From: Candidatus Methanomethylicaceae archaeon GD_Cm_T35_P0_bin.15
Lineage (GTDB): Archaea; Thermoproteota; Methanomethylicia; Methanomethylicales; Methanomethylicaceae
Length of the DNA stretch: 64,000 bases
NCBI GenBank assembly: GCA_038801785.1
Contig: JAULTD010000001.1
Span: forward strand, 41,069-105,068
Reading direction: 5' to 3'
The position numbers and the translations under genes were made by a program. The first letter of the stretch is position 1. Every line of letters starts with the position of its first letter. Below, in pieces: positions 54,307 through 63,486 of this stretch. The notes beneath the pieces are model-generated. The model was not told where the DNA came from. It saw only the letters and a list, made by a program, of their open reading frames with translations, and made no database searches.

Positions 54307-54381
54307 TCCCCACGGTCCAGACACCGTGCACAACGTTTTTTAGCAGCCTCTCCTGATTACCATCTAACGGTACCTACATGG

Positions 54382-55080
54382 GTGCGCCAAGTGATTGCTG
54401 CCGTATTGTTTGACTTTGACGGCACTCTGGTCGACTGCATGAAGCCTATGGAAAAGGCTTTCGTCAAGGTGGTAGAAGGTCTGGGAATCCCCCTCAACGA
54501 GGACGCAAGGGTGAACGTCGGAAACAACCTGGGCGCGATCCTGCTGTCGAGGGGCTCCTCCCGCCTTATGGAGGCTTTCCTGCTCTGGAAGATAGGTGGC
54601 CTGATCGGGGTTGCCCCGCACAAGCGGGTGATCATGATGCCTCAGGCATACTTCAAGCTCAAGCATATCGCCGAAACCGCTTCCCTGTATAAGGGAGTTC
54701 CCGAGACCCTGCAGGACCTTCAGGAGATGGGGCTTAGACTTGCAATCGTGACGACACGCAGCAGGAGAGACGTCTTGAAAGCCCTGAGGCGTTTGTCAAT
54801 CGACGCTTACTTCGAGGTCATCATAGCTAGGGAAGACGCAGAGAGGGGGAAGCCGTTCCCAGAGCCAGTCCTCAAGGCACTGGAATACCTACGCCTCGAG
54901 CCTAGCGAGACGGTCATGGTTGGGGATATGCCGACAGACATACAGGCCGGGAGGCGGGCAGGGACGAGGACGATCGGGTTGATGACAGGGATCTTCAACA
55001 GGGAGCTGATCAAGATCGAGCCTGATGTCCTGGTGCACTCGATCAGTGACGTGCCAAAAATCGTCGGTCGGATGGGGTAA
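54382..55080 (+). CDS. HAD-superfamily hydrolase (phosphoglycolate-phosphatase-like)
   Basis: Motif I LFDFDGTLVD, motif II IVTTRS and motif IV MVGDMPTDIQAG. Confidence 0.85.
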   Translation: MRQVIAAVLFDFDGTLVDCMKPMEKAFVKVVEGLGIPLNEDARVNVGNNLGAILLSRGSSRLMEAFLLWKIGGLIGVAPHKRVIMMPQAYFKLKHIAETASLYKGVPETLQDLQEMGLRLAIVTTRSRRDVLKALRRLSIDAYFEVIIAREDAERGKPFPEPVLKALEYLRLEPSETVMVGDMPTDIQAGRRAGTRTIGLMTGIFNRELIKIEPDVLVHSISDVPKIVGRMG

Positions 55081-55118
55081 CCGGAGGCTGCTTACGCAGC
55101 CTGACCCTGCCGCCCGGT

Positions 55119-56963
55119 TCAAGCCGTCCGCTTCAGACCGAGTTCCTTCAGCTTCTCAGGGGTTGGTACACCTTCATCATCCCAGCCCCTCAGCTGGTAG
55201 TACTCCGGGAGCATACGGTCGAGTTCGACGACGCTCCCCCTGCACCCTCCATCGGAGAGCGGCTCCTGAAGCAGCCTCTTGGGGAGCGTGTCGTCTTTTC
55301 TCCCCATCCCGTACCGGATGTTGATCATCCTCTTCAGGTTGTAGGCACGCTCTCCGGTCTTCACCAGGTCTGGGAGGCGGTAATCCTTACCGGTAACCAT
55401 GGATAGCATCGCCGTGACCGATGCGGGCGGGAGATATGCAAACTTGCACATTATGAGGGAGTCTATCACATCGTGCCAGTTCTGCATGGCTATCAGCGGC
55501 GCAGGCTTGTCATCGACAGAGAAACGTTCGTATCTCTTGTGGATCCCGAGATCAGGCACCCTCTCCCCCTGCTCGATGTGGTAGAAGAACCCGCGCAGGT
55601 GGCAGGCCCCCCTGTGTGATGTTGCGTACTGCAGCCCCATCCCCTTGAATGCCCGCGGATCGTGCATGGGGACCTCCAGCCCCTTGACGTGCATTGCAAA
55701 CCCTTCCGAGCCCCTGATCCTCGACGACGCTCTCCTGACCCCCTCACCCAGCACCCCGCCAAAGCCCTCACGGTGCCCGATCCTCCTCACCATCTCGATG
55801 ATCGCCTCCGGATTCCCCCAAGCGAGATCCGACCCGACCTCCTCTTTGGATACCAGTCCTTTCTCGTAGCACTCCATGGCAAAGGCGATCACGTTCCCTG
55901 TCGATATTGTGTCGAGCCCATACCTGTTGCAGAGGTCGTTAGCCTTAGCCACCGACTCGAGATCGCTATTCATGCAGAGCATGCCGAGGGAGGCACAGGT
56001 CTCGTACTCCGGCCCGGCTCCCACAACCCCATATCGGTCTACTTCCACCTCCCTCCCGCAGGCGATGAGGCACCGGTAGCAGGCGTACTGTTTCCTGAGG
56101 ATCGTCTTCGACATAGCCTCGCCGCAGAGTCTGCCCGCCCCTTCAGACCACTCGCCCCTCGTAAAGTTCTTTATCGGGACGTCGCCGTACTCGTGCATCA
56201 TGCTCATTATCCCGGCTGTCCCGTAGGAGGCATAGATCTGGACGGTCGGGTGAGACCTTATGGTGACGTATATCTTCCTGAGGTACTCCCTCAGCTGACC
56301 CTCCTTGGCGGCAGGCACTACGTTAACCCCGGTCCCCCTGACCGCGATGGCCTTAAGTTTTTTGGAACCCATCACGGCCCCGACCCCACACCTGCCCGCA
56401 GCCCTGCCCAAGTCATTCATAATCGAGGAGATGCGGACCTGCCGCTCTCCGGCTTGCCCGATCGAGGCTACTTTGACTTTGGGGTCCAGCTCCCTTAGGG
56501 AGCGTTCTGTCTCGTAAGTATCCTTCCCCCAGAGGTGCCCTGCATCCCTCAGTTCATACTCCCCGTCTTTTATCCAGAGGAAAACTGGCTTCTCCGAGCT
56601 GCCCTTGATCACCAGACCGTCAAACCCTGCAAACTTGAGCTCCGGTCCCCAAAATCCTGCCGCGTGGGCCTCGGCCCATATATCTGTGAGTGGGGATCTG
56701 GTGCAGACGCAGTATCTCCCGCAGGAGGGGCATGCTGTGCCGGTCAAGGGACCAGTCATGAATATCAACAGGTTCTCTGGATCTAGGGGAGGGACCGAGG
56801 GATCGAGTTCATCGTATAGTATCTTGGCCCCGAGCGCGCTTCCGCCGATGAATTCATCGAGGACCTTCCTCTCCAGCCGATCCTCTTCGAGCTTCCCTGA
56901 GGATAGGTTCACCCGCAGTATTCTGCCCGCGTAGCCTCCCTCGAAAGATTCAGACATGGACAT
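55119..56963 (-). CDS. aor: Tungsten-dependent aldehyde:ferredoxin oxidoreductase family enzyme
   Basis: N-terminal YAGRILRVNLSSGKLEE, 614 aa, and conserved AOR blocks (GPEYET, CxxC-containing cluster region CYRCLIAC). Confidence 0.9.
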   Translation of the reverse strand: MSMSESFEGGYAGRILRVNLSSGKLEEDRLERKVLDEFIGGSALGAKILYDELDPSVPPLDPENLLIFMTGPLTGTACPSCGRYCVCTRSPLTDIWAEAHAAGFWGPELKFAGFDGLVIKGSSEKPVFLWIKDGEYELRDAGHLWGKDTYETERSLRELDPKVKVASIGQAGERQVRISSIMNDLGRAAGRCGVGAVMGSKKLKAIAVRGTGVNVVPAAKEGQLREYLRKIYVTIRSHPTVQIYASYGTAGIMSMMHEYGDVPIKNFTRGEWSEGAGRLCGEAMSKTILRKQYACYRCLIACGREVEVDRYGVVGAGPEYETCASLGMLCMNSDLESVAKANDLCNRYGLDTISTGNVIAFAMECYEKGLVSKEEVGSDLAWGNPEAIIEMVRRIGHREGFGGVLGEGVRRASSRIRGSEGFAMHVKGLEVPMHDPRAFKGMGLQYATSHRGACHLRGFFYHIEQGERVPDLGIHKRYERFSVDDKPAPLIAMQNWHDVIDSLIMCKFAYLPPASVTAMLSMVTGKDYRLPDLVKTGERAYNLKRMINIRYGMGRKDDTLPKRLLQEPLSDGGCRGSVVELDRMLPEYYQLRGWDDEGVPTPEKLKELGLKRTA

Positions 56964-57418
56964 CCCTTCAGCGGCCTTTCATAAACACTCTGAGCATTCT
57001 ATTTATTTGCTTCTCCCTTCATTTCTATTCCACTCTACTCTACTCTACTTCCATAATCCCCTCATCGCCAGTATTTTCCGGGAGGCACAGGCAGACGGCA
57101 TAAGGGCAAGTCCATGCGCACGACCCAGGGCGAAACGCATATAGCAGTTGTCATATAAACTGAGGCATAGCATGTATGGAGGGGCTACCCCAAACATATG
57201 CCTGCTGAGATCAGGGCGCCCGCTCCTCACGGAGATCGAGCCCAGCCGGCGGTACAGGAGCCGGGAATCCCGCTAAACGCGCCCCTTTGGCGGATACTGG
57301 CCGTGGGGAATCGAGTGGCAGGGGATAAGGCAGGGGCAAGTTCGGGGAAGGCTGCAGAGACTCCCCCGCCATTGCTTGGCTTTCGCGATTTTGGTGAGTT
57401 GGAGGACGGTCGATCCTC

Positions 57419-58216
57419 GTGACCATACCTCACGTCAACGGCTTGATCAAAGGCAAGGCCTTGGAGTGGATCTACCACTACTACGAGAAGAGGCTCCTCG
57501 CAGAGGTCAAGAACGGGGAGATGCCACGCCACGTTGGGATGATCCTCGACGGTAACCGCCGCTGGGCCAGAGGCGTGGGGCTGCAGGAGTTCTTGGGGCA
57601 TGAGTACGGGTTCGCCAAGCTGAAGGAGGTCCTGCGGTGGTGCTGGCAGCTCGGCATAAGCACGGTGACGGTCTATGCGCTCTCCACTGAGAACTTTCAG
57701 CGTTCCAAGGCCGAGCTGGGCGAGCTCTTCAGGCTCGCGGAGAGGGGGTTCAGGGAGGTATTGGAGAGCCGCGAGGTGCATGAGAACAGGGTGCAGATCA
57801 GGGCGATAGGGAGGCTGGACCTCCTTACCGATGAGCTGAATGCCATAATTAAGCAGGCGGTCGAGAGCACAAAGGGCTACCAGGAGAGGAGGCTCAATAT
57901 CGCGATGGCATACGGAGGGAGGGCGGAGATAATCGACGCCGCCAAGGAGATATTCAGCCAGGTCCTAGAAGGGAAGATCAGTGTAAGCGAGATTGACGAG
58001 GAGACATTCTCCAGACACCTTTATACTGCAGGAGACCCTGATCCGGACCTGATAATCAGGACATCCGGAGAGGAGCGCCTGAGCGGCTTTCTGCTATGGC
58101 AGAGCGCGTATGCCGAGTTTTACTTTCTGGATGTCTTTTGGCCCGAGCTGCGCCGGATAGATTTCTTACGGGCGATACGGACATACCAGAGGCGAAAGAG
58201 GCGTTTCGGAAAATAA
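57419..58216 (+). CDS. uppS: cis-Prenyltransferase / (di-trans,poly-cis) undecaprenyl-diphosphate synthase, canonical paralog
   Basis: PRHVGMILDGNRRWA, VTVYALSTENF, IRTSGEERLSGFLLWQSAYAEFYF and C-terminal RRFG. Confidence 0.9.
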   Translation: MTIPHVNGLIKGKALEWIYHYYEKRLLAEVKNGEMPRHVGMILDGNRRWARGVGLQEFLGHEYGFAKLKEVLRWCWQLGISTVTVYALSTENFQRSKAELGELFRLAERGFREVLESREVHENRVQIRAIGRLDLLTDELNAIIKQAVESTKGYQERRLNIAMAYGGRAEIIDAAKEIFSQVLEGKISVSEIDEETFSRHLYTAGDPDPDLIIRTSGEERLSGFLLWQSAYAEFYFLDVFWPELRRIDFLRAIRTYQRRKRRFGK

Positions 58217-58304
58217 CTGCGACTTATCGGCGGAACAGCCGGAAGAAGCAGGCGGGTTGTCCGGAGACCGGCAACAGGGCATAGAACATGGATGCCCTGA
58301 ACGG

Positions 58305-59462
58305 TCAGTCTTTGGCCGCGTCTTTCTCCCCACCCTCACGATCCTCGCTGTGGGAGAAGGGGCCGATTCCGGCCATCTTGACCTTCCTCTTCACGCGCGG
58401 GGTGAGTGAGAAGAGGAGAACCAGGACCGTGCAGATAAGTGCCCCCAGACCTGCGTTGAAGAGGAAGGGTGTGAGGTTCGCCTTCGGGTCTATTATTATC
58501 GGGGCCACATCTATGACCATCTGCCTGATGAAGATCAGCGCGACAAGCCCGACTACTTCACGCCAGATCTTCGGGTCGTCGTCGAGGTACTTGGCGACCA
58601 GCCTGCCGCCTACATAGATCGCGACGCCAATCAGCAACAGATCGATGGTCCGGGTGAGGACGAGGCTCGCGAAGAGGGCGGCCTGTTCGGGGAGGGTCGC
58701 GTCGATAATTGCGGTAGCTATCCCCCGGTACACCGCAACGACGCAGACTATGGCGGCTATCAGGGCAGAGATGAGCTTGATCGGCGAATCTGACCAAGCC
58801 CCCCTCACCGAGCTGTCCATGTTGAACCCCTTCACGATCAGCACGGCCCCCGCGATCAGCCCCAGCGTGATTGCCACATAGTTTAGGAGGTTCATGAGGT
58901 AGAGGACCACGGTGGCCAGGATGAATATGCCGGGAACACCCAGCGCGATCTTCGAGTACTGGGGCTCGGCGAGCTTCTTCAGGTATCTGTACATCAGCAC
59001 ATAGGCTTCCTCAACGCTCTTCTGCTGTTGAACGAAGACCCTCTTGACAGATATGACGGGCACCTTGGACTGGATGATCGGGATCGCCTGCTCATCTGCC
59101 GCCCCGTCGCTGACGAAGATCACACCATCCGCCGGGTAGATCCCCAATACGGACTCGAGCTCTGCGAGTATCTTCATATCCGCCTTGAATCCGCCGTCCT
59201 CCAGGCCCGCGATGACTGCGATCTCAGCCTCTACCCCTTCGCTCGCGAGGGAGTCGAATGTCTTGAGTGCTGCGAAGATCGAGTTGGTGTCGGAATCTTC
59301 CGGGCTCTTGATTGCAAAGAGAGATGCGGTTGAGAGGACCCTGTCCCGGCCCACCAGCGGCGTAGTGACGCCGGTGACGTGACCGACATCGTTATCCTTA
59401 TCAACGCTTAAGACAAGGATCCTCTTGTCCTTGGTGCTCATTGTACACACTACTACGATCAT
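58305..59462 (-). CDS. DUF373-like archaeal membrane protein
   Basis: An N-terminal soluble domain (ILVLSVDKDNDVG ... PEDSDTN) followed by about 6 TM helices. Confidence 0.5.
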   Translation of the reverse strand: MIVVVCTMSTKDKRILVLSVDKDNDVGHVTGVTTPLVGRDRVLSTASLFAIKSPEDSDTNSIFAALKTFDSLASEGVEAEIAVIAGLEDGGFKADMKILAELESVLGIYPADGVIFVSDGAADEQAIPIIQSKVPVISVKRVFVQQQKSVEEAYVLMYRYLKKLAEPQYSKIALGVPGIFILATVVLYLMNLLNYVAITLGLIAGAVLIVKGFNMDSSVRGAWSDSPIKLISALIAAIVCVVAVYRGIATAIIDATLPEQAALFASLVLTRTIDLLLIGVAIYVGGRLVAKYLDDDPKIWREVVGLVALIFIRQMVIDVAPIIIDPKANLTPFLFNAGLGALICTVLVLLFSLTPRVKRKVKMAGIGPFSHSEDREGGEKDAAKD

Positions 59463-59513
59463 GAGCCGTAAACGATTTAAAATATTCTGTGTAAAAGGGA
59501 AAGGCTTATATAA

Positions 59514-60410
59514 TCAGCCTTCGTCCGGGCCCCCCTTCTCTTCCAAGAGGGCGCCGAATTCTTCGAAGGTAAGGCGTCCGCCTTTCCTCAGTTTCTCGTT
59601 GGCCTTCTCGGCGAGCTCTGTCCTCCGGGTAATCAGGAGCTTTGCCTTCTCCGCCAGCATCTCCGCCTTCTGCTGCATAGCAGCGTTCCTCGCGACCACG
59701 AGCTGACCCCTCACGTCAAAGAGGGACGCCTTCGACTTTGCGATGCCTTCCCGGAGGGTCTGCATCTCTTCCTTGACCCTGTTGAGTTCGGCAACTAGGG
59801 CCCTCCCCTCCTCGTAACATTTTATCAGCTCTTCGTGGTGCTTCTTCGACTCGTCCGCCAAGGAGATGATCTCGCGGTGTACGGTGTTGGCCTTCTCCCT
59901 CAGAGCGTTAAACTGCGACCTGAGGCTGCGGATCTCCGCTCCGACCTCCCTGGCCCGCTTGTAATGGACCAGTTTCTTCTCCAGCTCGGTGATCCTCTGC
60001 ACCATGCGCCGGTCTTCATCGATAGTGAGGGTGGTGGTCTGGTACTTCCAACTGGCCTCTTTGAACTGGCGGACGAGCTCATCCTCTGACTCGTGTACGT
60101 TGGAGAGGATTGTGGCAGTCTTCGCTTTGAGGTCTTTGATCTTTTCGGATATGCTCGATTTCTCGCTGTGGAGCTGATCCCGGAGGGCCTTCTTCTCGGC
60201 TATTAACCGGTTCTTCTCATCCCTCGCATTCTTCTTGTCTGACGCGGCGACCCTGAGTTCCTTGAGCCTCTCGATGATCTGCCCTTTCTTCTCCCTGAGC
60301 TGGTTCAGCCGCTCATAGTCGTTGTCTATCTGGATCTGCAGTGTCCTGAGACCTCTCGTAACCTGCCCGAGCCCAGGTTGTCCATATTCCATTGCACTAC
60401 CGTTCGGCAT
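59514..60410 (-). CDS. Archaeal coiled-coil protein of unknown function
   Basis: Almost entirely E/K/R/L-rich heptads. Its start overlaps the stop of the upstream GPN GTPase gene (TAATG). Confidence 0.5.
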   Translation of the reverse strand: MPNGSAMEYGQPGLGQVTRGLRTLQIQIDNDYERLNQLREKKGQIIERLKELRVAASDKKNARDEKNRLIAEKKALRDQLHSEKSSISEKIKDLKAKTATILSNVHESEDELVRQFKEASWKYQTTTLTIDEDRRMVQRITELEKKLVHYKRAREVGAEIRSLRSQFNALREKANTVHREIISLADESKKHHEELIKCYEEGRALVAELNRVKEEMQTLREGIAKSKASLFDVRGQLVVARNAAMQQKAEMLAEKAKLLITRRTELAEKANEKLRKGGRLTFEEFGALLEEKGGPDEG

Positions 60411-61183
60411 TAACGATCTTCACCGCCAGTATGTATACGCTGTATCTGTGCATACAGATCGTCTAATCCCTCTCCAGTATTGGAAGAGGTGAATATAAAC
60501 TCTCCTAACGCTCCAACTTCGATGAGCATACCGAGAATCCTTCCAGAGATCTCCCCTTTGAGATCCGGCCGCTCGAGGGCGAACTCATCGAGGAGAGACT
60601 CGGGGCATGACGACCATGCCATCCCCTTATCATAGAGCTCCTTGGAGAGGAGGTCCACCTTTGAGATACAGTTTATCTGGGGGGACTTGAACCTCGCATG
60701 GATTGAGTAGGAGAGGAGGAGGAGGGAGATGTAATCCGAGACGCTGTTCAGGAAGATCGAGTCGGCCAGGAAGAGGACTGTAAAGTCGCCCCCAGAGATC
60801 GCCGTGGCGGCATGTAGGCCCGAGTCCCGATAGGCGAAGAGCTCCATCTGACCTGGCGTATCCACCACCACATACTCCGGACGGAGCCTCTCGAGCTCTG
60901 TCCGCATCTCCCCGACATGGCCTACCGCTGCGTCCACGCTTGCCACCAGCGCGCCATTGGGCCCGAGCTGGTAGTCCTCAATCATCCGCTCATAGTTGAC
61001 ATAGTCCCGGACGTCTACGTCGGGGGAGTAGGGGAGCCAGACTACCCCGGGATCCATGTTGAGCGTCGCGACCTCGGCTTCGGCGCTCCTGAGCCGGTCT
61101 GCGAGGGAGAGGGTCATGCTCGACTTGCCTGACCCTGCCGTGCCCGTTATGAAGAGGAACTTCAGAGGGCCCTCCCTCCGCAT
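60410..61183 (-). CDS. GPN-loop GTPase
   Basis: P-loop GTAGSGKSS, NMDPG and the diagnostic LGPNGAL (GPN) motif. Confidence 0.85.
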   Translation of the reverse strand: MRREGPLKFLFITGTAGSGKSSMTLSLADRLRSAEAEVATLNMDPGVVWLPYSPDVDVRDYVNYERMIEDYQLGPNGALVASVDAAVGHVGEMRTELERLRPEYVVVDTPGQMELFAYRDSGLHAATAISGGDFTVLFLADSIFLNSVSDYISLLLLSYSIHARFKSPQINCISKVDLLSKELYDKGMAWSSCPESLLDEFALERPDLKGEISGRILGMLIEVGALGEFIFTSSNTGEGLDDLYAQIQRIHTGGEDR

Positions 61184-61977
61184 GCTCCGTCCTTCTCCAT
61201 AATCTTACCACCTGCCCCTCGGACAAGCCTGACGAACATCTCTTCCCCCTTCTTCAGCGCCTCATCCAAGAATGCCGCATCAGTTCCCTGTACCGAGAGG
61301 TGGATCTCGAGGCGGGGGGCGGGCTCGGTACATCTCGGATGGGATTTCAGGTAGATCCCCCTGTTTAACGGCATCCACTCCTCGATGAGGGGGGCTATCG
61401 AAGACTCCGGCACCCCCTCTACAAAGAGAGTCCTCTCCCTAAAAACCACCCCCCTCCGGGCGATCCTTGGGGCGACCTCGCTTTCGAACATCGCCTTCAT
61501 CTCCCGGGGAACCCCGGGGAGGGCGAAGATCAGTGCGCCCCCGTGCTCGATCATCATCCCTGGGGCGGTGCCTACACTGTTACTCAGGGGGACAGCCCCC
61601 CTGGGCATGAACGCCATCTTCTTCCTGGCCGGGGTAATAGCCAGGCCCATCGAACTGTACTTGGTTTCGACCATTCTGATCGCCTCCTCGTTGATCTCTT
61701 TGGGGAGACGAAGCGCCGAGGCGATGCCCTCGAGCGTCAGGTCATCATAGGTCGGACCGAGCCCCCCCGTCGCGATAAGGATCGTGCACCTTCTCCCGAA
61801 GGCTTCCGAGACCGCCTCCGAGATCTCGCCCACCACATCGCCAACGGCGGTTATCCTAGAGGCGTTGATCCCAAGGTGAAGGAGCTGGGCCGCAAGCCAT
61901 GCTGCGTTAGTGTTGACAGTCTTACCTATCAGGAGCTCTCTCCCGACGGTCATTATCTCGGAGCGTATAGTCAACAC
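61162..61977 (-). CDS. CinA-like / MoCF-binding (MoaB-MogA fold) domain protein
   Basis: IMTVGRELLIGKTVNTNAAWLA ... ILIATGGLGPTYDDLT. Confidence 0.75.
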   Translation of the reverse strand: MLTIRSEIMTVGRELLIGKTVNTNAAWLAAQLLHLGINASRITAVGDVVGEISEAVSEAFGRRCTILIATGGLGPTYDDLTLEGIASALRLPKEINEEAIRMVETKYSSMGLAITPARKKMAFMPRGAVPLSNSVGTAPGMMIEHGGALIFALPGVPREMKAMFESEVAPRIARRGVVFRERTLFVEGVPESSIAPLIEEWMPLNRGIYLKSHPRCTEPAPRLEIHLSVQGTDAAFLDEALKKGEEMFVRLVRGAGGKIMEKDGACGGRAL

Positions 61978-61978
61978 C

Positions 61979-62176
61979 CTATTTCTTGGAAGCCCACCAC
62001 TTCATATAGTCTTTTCGGCGCTTCTCCTTTTCTTCCGCTTCATCGCCCAGTACATTACTCTCCCGCAGCTTATCCCTCTCCTCAAGGGTCAGGGAGAGCC
62101 CGCAACATTGGCAGACGTACCGCTTGACCCGTGGGTCATACTTTGTCTCTCCGCCGCACTCGGGGCAAACTGACAA
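61979..62176 (-). CDS. Small zinc-ribbon protein with basic C-terminal tail
   Basis: CPECGGETKYDPRVKRYVCQCCG (2x CxxC), 65 aa. Confidence 0.6.
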   Translation of the reverse strand: MSVCPECGGETKYDPRVKRYVCQCCGLSLTLEERDKLRESNVLGDEAEEKEKRRKDYMKWWASKK

Positions 62177-62310
62177 GGGAATGCACCACTATTAATCTGG
62201 AGAATAGATTTATATGCTCTTACTTGCCCGGCGTCCTCCTGCTTACTGCCATCATCCGGACTATTCAAGCCGCACCGGTTCGGCTGAGTATGGCGGCAAA
62301 GGCGGCCGGA

Positions 62311-63468
62311 TCACGTGATGACGTTCCTGAGGCCGGCCTCCTCCGCCATCTGTAGCGCTCTCCGCCACTCGGACCCGGAGATCCTCCGCCTCAGCTCCGG
62401 ACACTCTCCCGCCCTCCAGCTGGGGGCGTACTGGTCCATCAAGTTCACCCGCGTCATAGTCCCCAGATCTCTGGCGATGAATCCAAGGATGGGGCGGAGG
62501 CAGCAGTCCAAGTGCCCCGGCAGCACCAGCATCCTCACGATCAGCTCAGCGTCAGCCTTCGCAGACCTCAGGTTCCTAGTGAGGGTCTCCCAGTAGCGGG
62601 GGGCGTCTGAGAGCCTCTCCGCGCATGCGTTGTTGCCATACTTGAAGTCTATCTTGTAGATATCCACGACCCCCCTGAGGAGTTCCGAGGCCTCTGTGCT
62701 GTAATAGCCATTGGTGTTGAAGAAGACCGGCGTGCTCTCGCGCTCATGGATGAGCACGGAGAACCAGAAAGGTATGTTGGGGACCGGATCACCGCCGACC
62801 CAGTTCTGGTTCCTGCATCCCCGCCGCCTTGCCTCATCGATGGCACGCGCCAGTTCCCTCGGAGAGACGGGGCTCCCGCTGCTGGCATACTGGCTGATCT
62901 CCCAGTTCTGGCAGTAGATGCACCTGAGGTTGCATCCCGAGCTAACTCGGCCGGCAGCCATCCGTCAGTGGCGGCCGCATACCGTAAAGCTCGGCACTAT
63001 CTCAGGTTCTTCTCCGAGGTGATCAAAGCACGATGAGACCAGCATCTTGCTGCCTATCCCGCAGTACCCCTTCCCCGCGAACCTGTTGCTCCTGCACCTC
63101 CTCTCGCAGAGGACGCATGCCTCGAGAACCCTCTCGCCGATCCAGTGCTTCAGGCGCAGCAGGGAGATCCCTGCCGGCTTTCCCGGCTCCTTCCTCAACT
63201 CGTCCACCGAGAGGTTGCCCGAGTCAAGCCTCCTCCTAAGCCCCTCTCCCTTGGCGAGCGCTTCGCCGTGCAGCGCCCATAAATCTCCCACAGGGGATCG
63301 GGGATCAGGCCCGCCAACCCCGGTGGCAGTGTCCACGGCCACCGCACCGGTTATGACGTATCTCGCAGGGAGCTTGCCCCTCACTACGCTGACGTAGCGC
63401 GGGAGGGATGCCCTGACCTTCGGGTCATCGAGTGCAGCGGCGGCATCAGGCCTTGCTAGCACCCACAA
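62311..63468 (-). pseudogene. PflX-like radical SAM enzyme gene interrupted by one in-frame TGA (62965-62967)
   Basis: The N-terminal ORF (CVLCERRC ... HLGEEPEIVPSFTVCGRH) and the C-terminal ORF (MAAGRVSSGCNLRCIYCQNW, i.e. CxxxCxxC) share one frame, separated by TGA-CGG. Confidence 0.6.
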
Positions 63469-63486
63469 TACGAAACACCTCCTTGA

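Noticed and set aside
57033-57047. (CTCTA)x3 pentanucleotide repeat, and a search for a tRNA or ncRNA in the 450-bp aor/uppS divergent spacer
   Set aside because: The repeat is too short to be meaningful. I could not fold any tRNA-like cloverleaf or recognise a known RNA motif, and the listed ORFs there are non-protein-like.
41136-62967. Global reassignment of TGA or selenocysteine usage, prompted by two in-frame TGAs (41136-41138 and 62965-62967)
   Set aside because: Many well-supported genes in the window terminate at TGA (cheB, arlG, arlH, cheY, cheD, cheA). The pilin case is better explained by a 1-nt frameshift. No Sec machinery is visible here.
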